From positions 979,178 to 1,043,177 of the forward strand of contig JAWKJA010000002.1 of NCBI GenBank assembly GCA_041394025.1: a stretch of DNA of 64,000 nt, read 5' to 3'. Position numbers and translations under genes: made by a program. The notes beneath the pieces are model-generated. The model was not told where the DNA came from. It made no database searches and worked only from the letters and a program-made list of their open reading frames with translations. This document shows, one piece after another, positions 42,491 to 51,295 of this stretch. This stretch comes from Acidimicrobiia bacterium (GTDB lineage: Bacteria > Actinomycetota > Acidimicrobiia > IMCC26256 > JAOSJL01). How positions within the stretch are numbered: the stretch's first letter is position 1; every line of letters begins with the position of its first letter.

Positions 42491-45187
42491 GTGGAAGAGC
42501 CCCTCAGATTCGCGTTGCTGGGCCTCGGCGCGGGTGCCGTGTACACACTGGCCGCACAGGGCATCGTCCTCGTCTACCGCGGGTCGGGGATCCTCAACTT
42601 CGCCCAGGGCGCCATCGGGATGGTCGGCGCTTTCCTGTTCTTCGAGCTCCGCGACGAACGTGGATGGGAATGGAAGCTCGCGTTCCTCGTGTCCGTTCTG
42701 GCATGCGCCGCGATCGGGGCCGCCATCCAGTTCCTCGTCATGCACAACCTGCGGCGGGCCTCGGCCATCTCCCGCCTCATCGCCACTCTGGGGCTCCTGG
42801 TACTCCTCCAGGCTTTCGTGGTGCGGTACTTCGGCGCCGAGAACCGCCTCGTGTCCGGCATCCTGCCCACCGACACGGTCGAGATCTTCGGGACCACGAT
42901 CTCTCGGGACCGGCTGATCCTTGCCACCGTCGCCATCGTCGTGTCGATCGCACTGTTCCTCATCTACCGGTACACGCGGTTCGGGCTCGCCACGTCCGCG
43001 GTGGCGGAGAACCAGGTCGCGACGGCGGCCCTGGGGCGCTCCCCCAATCTCATCGCTGCCGTGAACTGGACGGCCGCCGGAGTTCTCGCCGGGGTCGCGG
43101 CGATCCTCTTCGCGCCGCTCATCGGCCTCAATCCCGGCCTGTTCACGCTGCTCGTGATCCCAGCCCTGGCGGCCGCGCTGGTCGGCGGCTTCACGTCCTT
43201 CTCGCTCACCGCCGTCGCCGGCTTCGCCATCGGAATCGCCGAGTCGGAGATGGCGCGCTACATCGACACGCCCGGGTGGTCGAAGTCGGTTCCGTTCCTC
43301 GTGATCATCGCCGTGCTCGTGATCCGCGGGCGCGGCCTCCCCCTGCGCAGCGAGCGGGCAGAGAAACCACCTCTTCTCGGTGACGGGCGCGTCAACCCGT
43401 GGTTCGTGAGCGGCGCCGTGGTCGTGGGCCTCGCTCTCGTGATGTTCGTCTTCGACGACGACTGGATCTCGGCGTTCACGACGAGCGGCATCTTCGCGAT
43501 CGTCGCCCTGTCGCTCGTGGTCGTCACCGGCTATGCCGGACAGCTCTCGTTGGCACAGATGGCCCTCGCCGGGATGGGGGCCTGGTTCTCGGGTCGGCTG
43601 ATCGACAACTACGGGATCTCCTTCGAACTGGCAATCCTGGCCGGGATCGCTCTCTGCGTCCCCGTCGGCCTGGCTGTGGCGCTACCCGCCCTTCGCACGC
43701 GCGGCGTCAACCTCGCCGTGGCGACCCTCGGACTGGCGCTGGTGATCGAGCGGCTGATCCTCCTGAATCCCGAGCTCACCGGGAAGTTCGAGGGCACCCA
43801 GATCGGCGATGTGACGCTGCTCGGAATCGACGTCAGCTCCGTTCGGCATCCGGAGCGCTACGCCGTCGTCGTCATGCTCTTCTTCCTGGTGGCAGCGCTC
43901 CTCGTCGCCAACCTGCGCCGCGGCCGCGCCGGACGTCGACTGATCGCCGTGCGCACGAACGAACGTGCCGCGGCAGCACTGGGAATCAGCGTGTTCGGCG
44001 CCAAGCTCGTGGCCTTCGCCATCGCCGCAGCCATCGCCGCCGTCGGCGGCATCCTCATCGCGTTCCGGAATCCGACGGTCGTCTTCACGCCGTTCACGGT
44101 CTTCGCATCCATCGATGCGGTCGTCTTCACGGTCATCGGGGGAATCGGCTTCATCCTCGGGCCGCTGCTGGGCTCCACGCTCTCGCCCGGGGGGATCGGC
44201 GAGCAGGTCTTCGCCTTTCTGGGCGAGGACGTGGAGACGATCTTCCAGCTCTTCGCCGGCGCTCTGCTCATATCCATCCTGCTCCAGGAGCCCAACGGGC
44301 TGGTGCCTCTCAACAAGCGTCAGATGGGTTCCCTCCTGAGGCGGCTCAGGATCATCGGACCACCCCGAGTGCCCGACGCACGGCCGCTGCCGACCACCGG
44401 GCGCGACCCGGTCACCCCCCGAACGCTCGAGGTGCGCGACCTGACCGTCCGTTTCGGCGGGGTCGTGGCCCTCGACGCCGTGTCCCTGGCCGTTCGGCCG
44501 GGTGAGGTCGTGGGGCTCATCGGCCCCAACGGGGCCGGAAAGACGACACTCGTCGACGCCGCCACCGGATTCGTGAAACCTGCCGACGGAAGGGTGACCC
44601 TCGACGGGGAGTCGATCGCACGCTGGACCGCGCGCAAGCGCTCCCGCGCCGGCATCGGTCGCTCCTTCCAATCGCTCGAGCTCTTCGAGGACATGACGGT
44701 TCGCGACAATCTCCGCACGGGTTCCGACCGCAAGGACCCGTGGGCGTACCTGACCGACCTCGTCTGGCCCGGGGACCCGGCCCTCAGCCCGACGGCGGTG
44801 GCGGCGGTACGCGAGTTCGGACTGGAGGACGATCTGGAGCGCAAGCCCGGCGAACTGCCCTACGGACGGCGGCGGCTGGTCGGCATCGCGCGCACTGTCG
44901 CGACAGCGCCGTCGGTGCTCCTGCTCGACGAGCCCGCCGCCGGCCTCGACGAGAACGAGACCGATGAACTGAGCGACCTCATCCGGCGTCTCGCCGACGA
45001 CTGGGGCCTCGCCGTGCTCCTCATCGAGCACGACGTCGGGATGGTCATGCGCACCTGTGACCGCGTCGTCGCACTCGACTTCGGCGAGAAGATAGCGGAG
45101 GGAACACCCGACGAGATCCGCAGCGACGACGCCGTCGTCATTGCCTACCTCGGAGACTTCGACACCGACACGGCGAACGCTCCATGA
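42491..45187 (+). CDS. Fused branched-chain-amino-acid-type ABC transporter: LivH permease, LivM permease and LivG ATPase in one 898-aa polypeptide
   Basis: One uninterrupted ORF from the GTG at 42491. LivH-like region to about aa 295 (GILNFAQGA). LivM-like region about aa 300-625 (GYAGQLSLAQMA). The ATPase follows, with GPNGAGKTT, LLLDEPAAGL and LLIEHDV. Confidence 0.85.
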   Translation: MEEPLRFALLGLGAGAVYTLAAQGIVLVYRGSGILNFAQGAIGMVGAFLFFELRDERGWEWKLAFLVSVLACAAIGAAIQFLVMHNLRRASAISRLIATLGLLVLLQAFVVRYFGAENRLVSGILPTDTVEIFGTTISRDRLILATVAIVVSIALFLIYRYTRFGLATSAVAENQVATAALGRSPNLIAAVNWTAAGVLAGVAAILFAPLIGLNPGLFTLLVIPALAAALVGGFTSFSLTAVAGFAIGIAESEMARYIDTPGWSKSVPFLVIIAVLVIRGRGLPLRSERAEKPPLLGDGRVNPWFVSGAVVVGLALVMFVFDDDWISAFTTSGIFAIVALSLVVVTGYAGQLSLAQMALAGMGAWFSGRLIDNYGISFELAILAGIALCVPVGLAVALPALRTRGVNLAVATLGLALVIERLILLNPELTGKFEGTQIGDVTLLGIDVSSVRHPERYAVVVMLFFLVAALLVANLRRGRAGRRLIAVRTNERAAAALGISVFGAKLVAFAIAAAIAAVGGILIAFRNPTVVFTPFTVFASIDAVVFTVIGGIGFILGPLLGSTLSPGGIGEQVFAFLGEDVETIFQLFAGALLISILLQEPNGLVPLNKRQMGSLLRRLRIIGPPRVPDARPLPTTGRDPVTPRTLEVRDLTVRFGGVVALDAVSLAVRPGEVVGLIGPNGAGKTTLVDAATGFVKPADGRVTLDGESIARWTARKRSRAGIGRSFQSLELFEDMTVRDNLRTGSDRKDPWAYLTDLVWPGDPALSPTAVAAVREFGLEDDLERKPGELPYGRRRLVGIARTVATAPSVLLLDEPAAGLDENETDELSDLIRRLADDWGLAVLLIEHDVGMVMRTCDRVVALDFGEKIAEGTPDEIRSDDAVVIAYLGDFDTDTANAP

Positions 45188-45897
45188 GCACACTGATCGC
45201 GGCGCGGAAGATGTCGGCCGGCTACGGGAGTCTCGCCGCCGTACGCGACCTCGACCTCCACGTCGACGAGGGCGAGGTGGTGGCCCTGCTCGGTCCCAAC
45301 GGCGCCGGCAAGACGACGACGATCATGACGCTCGCCGGTGTGCAGCAGCCCCTGTCGGGCACGGTCGAACTGTACGGCGAGGCGACCCGGAAGCCGCTGC
45401 ACCACCGGGCCCGCCGGGGGCTGGCGCTCGTCCCCGAAGAGCGGTCCGTGTTCATGCAGTTGTCGGCCGGCGGAAACCTCCGACTCGGCCGGGGTGCGGT
45501 CGCCGACGCCCTCGACCTGTTTCCCGAGCTCGAGCCCCTGTTGCGGCGCAAGGCGGGCCTCCTGTCGGGAGGTGAGCAGCAGATCCTGACACTCGCCCGT
45601 GCCCTCGCGTCCGAACCCCGTATCCTCCTGGCCGACGAGCTCTCCCTCGGTCTGGCACCGCTCGTGGTGCGACGCCTCATGGCGGAGGTCCGGGCCGCGG
45701 CCGACCACGGCGTGGGGGTGCTCCTCGTGGAGCAGCATGCCCGGCAGGCTCTCGAAGTTGCCGACCGCGCGTGCGTCATGCGGCGAGGACGGATCGAGCT
45801 CCAGGGATCGGCGCACGAGCTCGCGGAGCAGATCGGCGACATCGAGCAGTCGTACCTCGCCGGCCCCGAGGTCGACGACACCGGCTCGAAGCGCTGA
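45184..45897 (+). CDS. Branched-chain-amino-acid-type ABC transporter ATP-binding protein (LivF-like)
   Basis: 237 aa. GPNGAGKTT, LSGGEQQ and LLADELSLGLAP motifs. Its start overlaps the upstream stop (ATGA). Confidence 0.9.
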   Translation: MSTLIAARKMSAGYGSLAAVRDLDLHVDEGEVVALLGPNGAGKTTTIMTLAGVQQPLSGTVELYGEATRKPLHHRARRGLALVPEERSVFMQLSAGGNLRLGRGAVADALDLFPELEPLLRRKAGLLSGGEQQILTLARALASEPRILLADELSLGLAPLVVRRLMAEVRAAADHGVGVLLVEQHARQALEVADRACVMRRGRIELQGSAHELAEQIGDIEQSYLAGPEVDDTGSKR

Positions 45898-45912
45898 CGC
45901 GAGGCGGTGCGT

Positions 45913-46881
45913 CTAGGGGCCGGGTAGCTCGAGGTCGTAGAGCGCCGGCCCGAACAGGTCCTTCCCGGGTTGCGCGGGATCGATCCCACGTTCCTCTCCC
46001 GCGTCAGCGGTCATCTCGAGCACCGCCGCCAACGCCTGGAGCCCGGCCACGGGCCCCTGGCCGGTGAGGCGCACCCGCCCCCGTGGAATCCGGTCCGGCA
46101 CGAGGTCGACGGTCCGGTCAGCCAACGACCTGTCGATCTCGGACTCGAGCGTCACCATCCCGGTTCGCGCTCCCTGCCTCTCGAGCCAGAGGTAGCGACC
46201 GTGGGCGAGATCGCGGAAGTCGCAGCGTGACACCGTTCCGAGTGCCGCTTCAGTGAAATTCGACTCGAGGCCCGACGCTGCAGCGGAACCTTCGGCGCCG
46301 TGGAGAGCGACGAGGACCTCCCTGCCCCACAACTCCCCCAGCGACGCGATGTCGCCCCGTACGGGTCCTATCAGGTCTTCGTAGCGCCGGGGCAGGTCGG
46401 CACCGACGGCCTTGGCCGTGATGACCGACGGCACGAGTTGCGATGCACACGCAACGAAGCTCTCCTCCCCGTATCGGTCGAGGAGGATCAGCGACTCGCC
46501 GGCGGAGCGTACGGCGTGCGCGAGCTCGCTGTCGGGCTCGCCGCACAGGACGACGACTTCCGTGCCGACCCACGTCGCGACTCGCTCCCAGGCCGCGAGG
46601 ATGTCGGTGTTGGATCCCGCGGCACTGACGAGGACCACGCGGGTCCCGCGCGGTGGCGGCGGGCTCCGGACGACTCCGAGGGGCGAGAGAGGCGCCGTGA
46701 CGGCGCCCGACGCCAGCCGATGGATGTCCGCGATGTAGCGGGCGACGGTGCCCGAGCCCCCGGAGCCGACGGCCAGCAGGGGCCACGGCGCCGGACGGAG
46801 CACACGGTCGTCGACATCGGCCGCGAGAGCCACGGCGTATGCCTCGGAGAGGGTTGCCAGTTCGTCGCGGTACGAACGCAT
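45913..46881 (-). CDS. Tandem SIS-domain protein (GlmS C-terminal/FrlB/AgaS-like sugar-phosphate isomerase or deglycase)
   Basis: 322 aa. LLAVGSGGSGTVARY (SIS GxGxS-like) and a second-half GAEGSAAASGLESNFTEAAL. By-eye assignment only. Confidence 0.5.
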   Translation of the reverse strand: MRSYRDELATLSEAYAVALAADVDDRVLRPAPWPLLAVGSGGSGTVARYIADIHRLASGAVTAPLSPLGVVRSPPPPRGTRVVLVSAAGSNTDILAAWERVATWVGTEVVVLCGEPDSELAHAVRSAGESLILLDRYGEESFVACASQLVPSVITAKAVGADLPRRYEDLIGPVRGDIASLGELWGREVLVALHGAEGSAAASGLESNFTEAALGTVSRCDFRDLAHGRYLWLERQGARTGMVTLESEIDRSLADRTVDLVPDRIPRGRVRLTGQGPVAGLQALAAVLEMTADAGEERGIDPAQPGKDLFGPALYDLELPGP

Positions 46882-46906
46882 CAGTGAACCGGGTGGCTCG
46901 TGAGTG

Positions 46907-48214
46907 TCATCCCATCCGCGCGAGCGCGTCGCGCGCTGCGGTCTGTCCGGTCTCGAAGGCGTATTCCGTCGCCGGGCCGGCCAGGTAGTCGCCGGCGAAG
47001 CTGATACCGGACAGCGGCTTCAGGTGGACGAACTCGCCGAGATCCCTGCAGTAGCCGGTGGGGAACGCGGGAATGCCCTCCCGAAATCCCACCTGCTTCC
47101 ACTCGGTCGTCGTCGATTCGATGTTCGGCCAGTAGCGTTCCAGAGCGTCGATCTTGGCGCGGTACTTGGCGTCGCCGCTCCAGTCGAGCATCTGACGGGC
47201 GAACTGGTACTTGCAGAGGATCGTGAACATCCAGTCGTCGGGGTTCGTCGGGTACTCGTGCCAACCGGCGCGGGCGATGTCGCGGTCTTCCTTGCGCGGG
47301 AAGTACACCATTCCCTCGAGGCCCGCGGGGGGCTCGGGCATCTTCAGCGTGAGCCAGTCGGCAGGCACGTAGGTGACCCTCCGGAAGAACCGACGCCGCG
47401 GCTCGTCGAGACCGTTCACGAAGTCGAGGACCCGGGTACCGGGCACGGCCACGATCACATGGTCGGCGTCGATGGTCTTCGACTCCCCACCCTGCTCGTA
47501 GTTCACGGTCATCGGTGGATCGCCGACATCCAGTCGCGTCGCCGATGCGCCCGTCCGGACGTCCAGGGTTGCTGCCAGAGCACGCGTGACCTGGCCCATC
47601 CCCTCTTCGAAAGTGAGCAGCTCGACCTGCTTGTGACTCGTGAAGAGGTGGAGAAAGAATCCCTTCCCGAGCTGTGACGGATCCCAGCTGGCCTGTCCGG
47701 CGAGCATCGGCTCCGCGGCGAACTCGAGGAACTCGGGAGCGATACGCCCCAACCACGTGTCGATCGACTCCGTGTCGGCCCACGCTGCCAGCCAGGGCTC
47801 ACGCTTGTGGTCGGGGTTGATGCGGGTCTGCTTGAGGAGCGCGGGGATGATCGCCGCCATGCGGGCCCGGCCCATCCAGGAGATGGCGCCGAACTTCAGG
47901 TAGGAGGTGGGGTCCATCGAGTCGACCTCGTAGATCTCGCCCCCCTTGTAGACGCGCGTGGTCATGTGCTCGTTGCCGTGATGGGGGATCTCCTTCACGC
48001 CGAGCTCCCGCGCGGCCGCACGCATCTCCACGGAGTCGCCCGTCGTCTCACCGGCACCCCGGTCGATCCAGGTGTCACCCCACTTGAAGGAGCGCATCCG
48101 GCCGCCCGCTTCCTCCTCTTTCTCCAGAACCACGACGTCGATGCCCTGATTCCGGAGCGCCCACGCCGCCCCCAGACCGGCGATCCCGCCCCCGATGACC
48201 ACCACCCGTGCCAT
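46907..48214 (-). CDS. FAD-dependent oxidoreductase, paralog 3
   Basis: ATG at 48214 preceded by GAGGGG. VVVIGGGIAGLGAAWAL...VLEKEEEAGGRM and FAGDY motifs. It shares WADTESIDTWL with paralogs 1 and 2. 435 aa. Confidence 0.8.
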   Translation of the reverse strand: MARVVVIGGGIAGLGAAWALRNQGIDVVVLEKEEEAGGRMRSFKWGDTWIDRGAGETTGDSVEMRAAARELGVKEIPHHGNEHMTTRVYKGGEIYEVDSMDPTSYLKFGAISWMGRARMAAIIPALLKQTRINPDHKREPWLAAWADTESIDTWLGRIAPEFLEFAAEPMLAGQASWDPSQLGKGFFLHLFTSHKQVELLTFEEGMGQVTRALAATLDVRTGASATRLDVGDPPMTVNYEQGGESKTIDADHVIVAVPGTRVLDFVNGLDEPRRRFFRRVTYVPADWLTLKMPEPPAGLEGMVYFPRKEDRDIARAGWHEYPTNPDDWMFTILCKYQFARQMLDWSGDAKYRAKIDALERYWPNIESTTTEWKQVGFREGIPAFPTGYCRDLGEFVHLKPLSGISFAGDYLAGPATEYAFETGQTAARDALARMG

Positions 48215-48319
48215 GGGGCCCCTCAAACCTCTAGCGAATACGACTGATTGTACGCTATCGTCTCACGGCGGTCGCGTGCAGGTGACACGCGGCGAATCGA
48301 GACCCGGGGAGATGACCCG

Positions 48320-49564
48320 ATGCGACGGTCCACGTTGTTGCGGTGGTTGGGAGTTGCCGTGGTCCTCACGCTTGCGGCTGCGGCGTGCGACAGTGACGGT
48401 GACTCCTCGGAGACGTCCAGCAATGAGCCACCTCCCGAGCTCACCGGCGATCCCATCACGGTCGTCCAGATCGCCACCTACGAGCCACCGGCCGGTTCGA
48501 CCGGTGGGAGCCCCGAGGCCGAGGTGGGCGCCCAGGCCGCGGCGAAGGCCATCAACGACGCCGGCGGCGTGAACGGAAGCCCGATCGAGGTCATCGGCTG
48601 CGACGAGAAGCAGGACCCGAACGAGACGGCGGCATGCGCCCGCATGGCGGCCGACGAGGGTGCCGTGGCGGTGGTGGGTGCCTTCACGACCTTCGACGTG
48701 AACTACATGCCTGTACTCGCCGAGGCGGGCATCCCGTCGGTCGGTAACTTCGCCATCGGCTTCGAGGACTTCGCCAACGAGTACTCCTTCCCGATCACCG
48801 GTGGCGCTCCCTCCGGCATCGCAGGACAGGCGGCGATCCTGGCCGACGAAGCGGGCGCCGAGAAGATCGATGCCGTGTTCCTCGAGATCGAAGCCGGTGA
48901 GATCGCCGTGGACTTCGCCGACGCCGCCCTGGAGCCGCGTGGCCTCGCTGTCGACAACAGGATCCCCTGGCCTCCCGGCACGACCGACCCGGCACCCATC
49001 GTGGCCGCGGCGGAGTCGAACGACCCCGACGGGATCGTCATCGCCCTCGCTCAGGGCGACGCCTCCCGCTACATCGAGGGGTCCTTCCTCGGAGGCTCCG
49101 ACACGGCCCTCGGGATCAACGGCGCCTCACTGACCCAGGACGACATCGAGCAGCTCGGAGATGCGTCGAACGGCCTGTACTTCGCCGGCACGTACCTCCC
49201 GTCCACATCGGACGACCCGGCAGTGCAGGACTTCAACCATGACATGGACGCCATCGACGAGAACGTCGCCAAGAACGACGTGTCGATGAACTCCTATGCC
49301 TCGGTGAAGCTCGTCGCCCAGGTGGCCGAGGGCATCACCGGCCCCGTCACCGCGGCGTCCCTCTTCGGGGCGTTGAACGGCACGGGCGAGGTCGATCTCG
49401 GCCTCGTGGCACCGTTCTCCTACCAGGAACCCGACAACACACTGTTCCCCGGCGTGATCACGCGGATCTTCAACCCCGACGTCATGTACATGCGCGTGGA
49501 GGACGGCGAGATCACACCCATCACGGGCGACTGGGTCAACCCCACCACGCCGCCTTCCGGTTGA
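48320..49564 (+). CDS. ABC transporter substrate-binding lipoprotein, paralog B
   Basis: ATG at 48320. Lipobox LTLAAAAC. AVVGAFTTFDVNYMPVLAEAGIPSV is collinear with paralog A. Confidence 0.8.
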   Translation: MRRSTLLRWLGVAVVLTLAAAACDSDGDSSETSSNEPPPELTGDPITVVQIATYEPPAGSTGGSPEAEVGAQAAAKAINDAGGVNGSPIEVIGCDEKQDPNETAACARMAADEGAVAVVGAFTTFDVNYMPVLAEAGIPSVGNFAIGFEDFANEYSFPITGGAPSGIAGQAAILADEAGAEKIDAVFLEIEAGEIAVDFADAALEPRGLAVDNRIPWPPGTTDPAPIVAAAESNDPDGIVIALAQGDASRYIEGSFLGGSDTALGINGASLTQDDIEQLGDASNGLYFAGTYLPSTSDDPAVQDFNHDMDAIDENVAKNDVSMNSYASVKLVAQVAEGITGPVTAASLFGALNGTGEVDLGLVAPFSYQEPDNTLFPGVITRIFNPDVMYMRVEDGEITPITGDWVNPTTPPSG

Positions 49565-49571
49565 TCACGGG

Positions 49572-50501
49572 GTGACGTCGGCGCCCAGCCTGCGGGACGC
49601 GGGAAAGGTCTACGTCGAGGTCGGTCTCAACGAGGTTGCGTCGAAGGATCGCAACGCCAACATCCCGTACGGCCCCGACGAAGTGGCGGCGGACGCGATC
49701 GCGTGCGCGCAGGCCGGCGCATCCGTGATCCACTTCCACGCCCGCCACGGCGACGGTACGCAGGCGTGGACCGACGACGGTGTCTACCGGCGGGCGATGG
49801 AGCTCATCGCCGAGGAGGCGGACCTCGTCACCTACCCCACCTATCCGCCCCGCGTCGACCGGGAGGAGCGGTACCGCCACCTGTGGGCGCTGGCCGACGA
49901 GCCCTCGACGGCCCCGCTGGAGCTGGCGCCGATCGACATCGGCTCGCGCAACGTGTCGTTGTGGGAGCCAGACAAGCAGCGGTTCGCGCCCCTCGGGATC
50001 CTGCCGGCCGAGAGCCAGGTGGCGCTCAACCCTCCCGACGAGATCGAGTGGGTCATCGCCCGGGCCGCCGAGCGTGGACTGCATCCCACGCTGGGCGTCT
50101 TCGACATGACGTATCTTCGGTACTCGATCCACGCGCTCTGGGCGGGCCTGCTGAAACCTCCTCTGCTCCTCAAGTGGTTCCTGTCGGAACGGTGGGTCGG
50201 CGGCACGTTCCCCACCCCCGCGGGACTCGACGCCTACCTTTCCCAGGTTCCCGACGGCGTGGATCACGAGGGGCTCGTGGTGCCCTACGCGATGTCGAAA
50301 GCCGACGACGTCGAAACCCTGTGGAGGCACGGCCTCGAGCGCGGTCAGAACATCCGCGTCGGTATCGGCGACAACCCGGAGGCCTTTGCCACATCCACGA
50401 ACACCGAGCTCGTGGAACGCGCCGTGGAGCTCATCGCCGGTTACGGCCTGAGACCGGCGACGGCCGACGACGTCAGGAACCGCCTCGGCCTCCGGGTTTG
50501 A
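49572..50501 (+). CDS. Beta-keto acid cleavage enzyme (BKACE/DUF849, 3-keto-5-aminohexanoate cleavage enzyme family)
   Basis: 309 aa. GLNEVASK...PYGPDEVAADAIACAQAGASVIHFHAR is the BKACE N-terminal signature. GTG start 7 nt after the SBP stop. Confidence 0.8.
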   Translation: MTSAPSLRDAGKVYVEVGLNEVASKDRNANIPYGPDEVAADAIACAQAGASVIHFHARHGDGTQAWTDDGVYRRAMELIAEEADLVTYPTYPPRVDREERYRHLWALADEPSTAPLELAPIDIGSRNVSLWEPDKQRFAPLGILPAESQVALNPPDEIEWVIARAAERGLHPTLGVFDMTYLRYSIHALWAGLLKPPLLLKWFLSERWVGGTFPTPAGLDAYLSQVPDGVDHEGLVVPYAMSKADDVETLWRHGLERGQNIRVGIGDNPEAFATSTNTELVERAVELIAGYGLRPATADDVRNRLGLRV

Positions 50502-50505
50502 TGCG

Positions 50506-51294
50506 TCAGTGAACGTCGGTCACGTAGGCGTCGACCATCTCGAGGAGTCCGGTCTCCAGACCGGGATCGTCGGTCAGGGGCCCGGTGACGGCGGCGGTAG
50601 CCGCCTCGCGTGGCGGTACACCGGCCGCGATCAGCCGACCCGCCGCGATGAGCACCCGGGTGGAAGCCACCTCCCGTAGACCGCTGCTCTCGAGCTTCCG
50701 GATGGCCTGCGCCAGTGCCACGAGCTCGGCCGGCCGGGTGCCGTCGAGGCCCGTCTCGTGCGCGACGACCTTCTCCTCCACCTCGGGCGGCGGGAAGCCC
50801 AGCTCGATGGAGATCATGCGCTGGCGTGTCGAGTCCTTGAGATCCTTCAGGACGCTCTGGTAGCCGGGGTTGTAGCTGACCACGAGCCCGAAGCCGTCGG
50901 CCGCACGCAGCGTCTCCCCCCGTCGCTCGAGCGGCAGCTCCCGACGGTGGTCTGCGAGGGGATGCAGCACGACGGTGGTGTCCTGGCGGGCCTCGACGAT
51001 CTCGTCGAGGTAGCAGATCGACCCCGACCGGACGGCGGTCGTGAGTGGGCCGTCGACCCACTCGGTGTCCCCACCCTTGAGCAGGAAACGACCGACCAGG
51101 TCGGCGGCCGTGAGATCCTCGTGGCAGGCGACCGTGATCAACGGGCGACCCACATCATGCGCCATCGCTTCGATGAACCGCGTCTTGCCGCATCCGGTGG
51201 GACCCTTGAGCAGGATGGTCAAACCCTGTTCGTGGGCGGCCACGAAGATGCGCTCCTCGTTTCCCACGGGCTCGTAGTAGGGGCGTCCGGGCAC
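50506..51294 (-). CDS. CbbQ/NirQ/NorQ-type MoxR-class AAA+ ATPase
   Basis: GTG at 51294, 1 nt after the upstream stop. LLKGPTGCGKTRFIEAMA (Walker A), ICYLDEIVEA (Walker B), VVSYNPGYQ and LKDSTRQRM. 262 aa. Confidence 0.85.
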   Translation of the reverse strand: MPGRPYYEPVGNEERIFVAAHEQGLTILLKGPTGCGKTRFIEAMAHDVGRPLITVACHEDLTAADLVGRFLLKGGDTEWVDGPLTTAVRSGSICYLDEIVEARQDTTVVLHPLADHRRELPLERRGETLRAADGFGLVVSYNPGYQSVLKDLKDSTRQRMISIELGFPPPEVEEKVVAHETGLDGTRPAELVALAQAIRKLESSGLREVASTRVLIAAGRLIAAGVPPREAATAAVTGPLTDDPGLETGLLEMVDAYVTDVH

Positions 51295-51295
51295 G

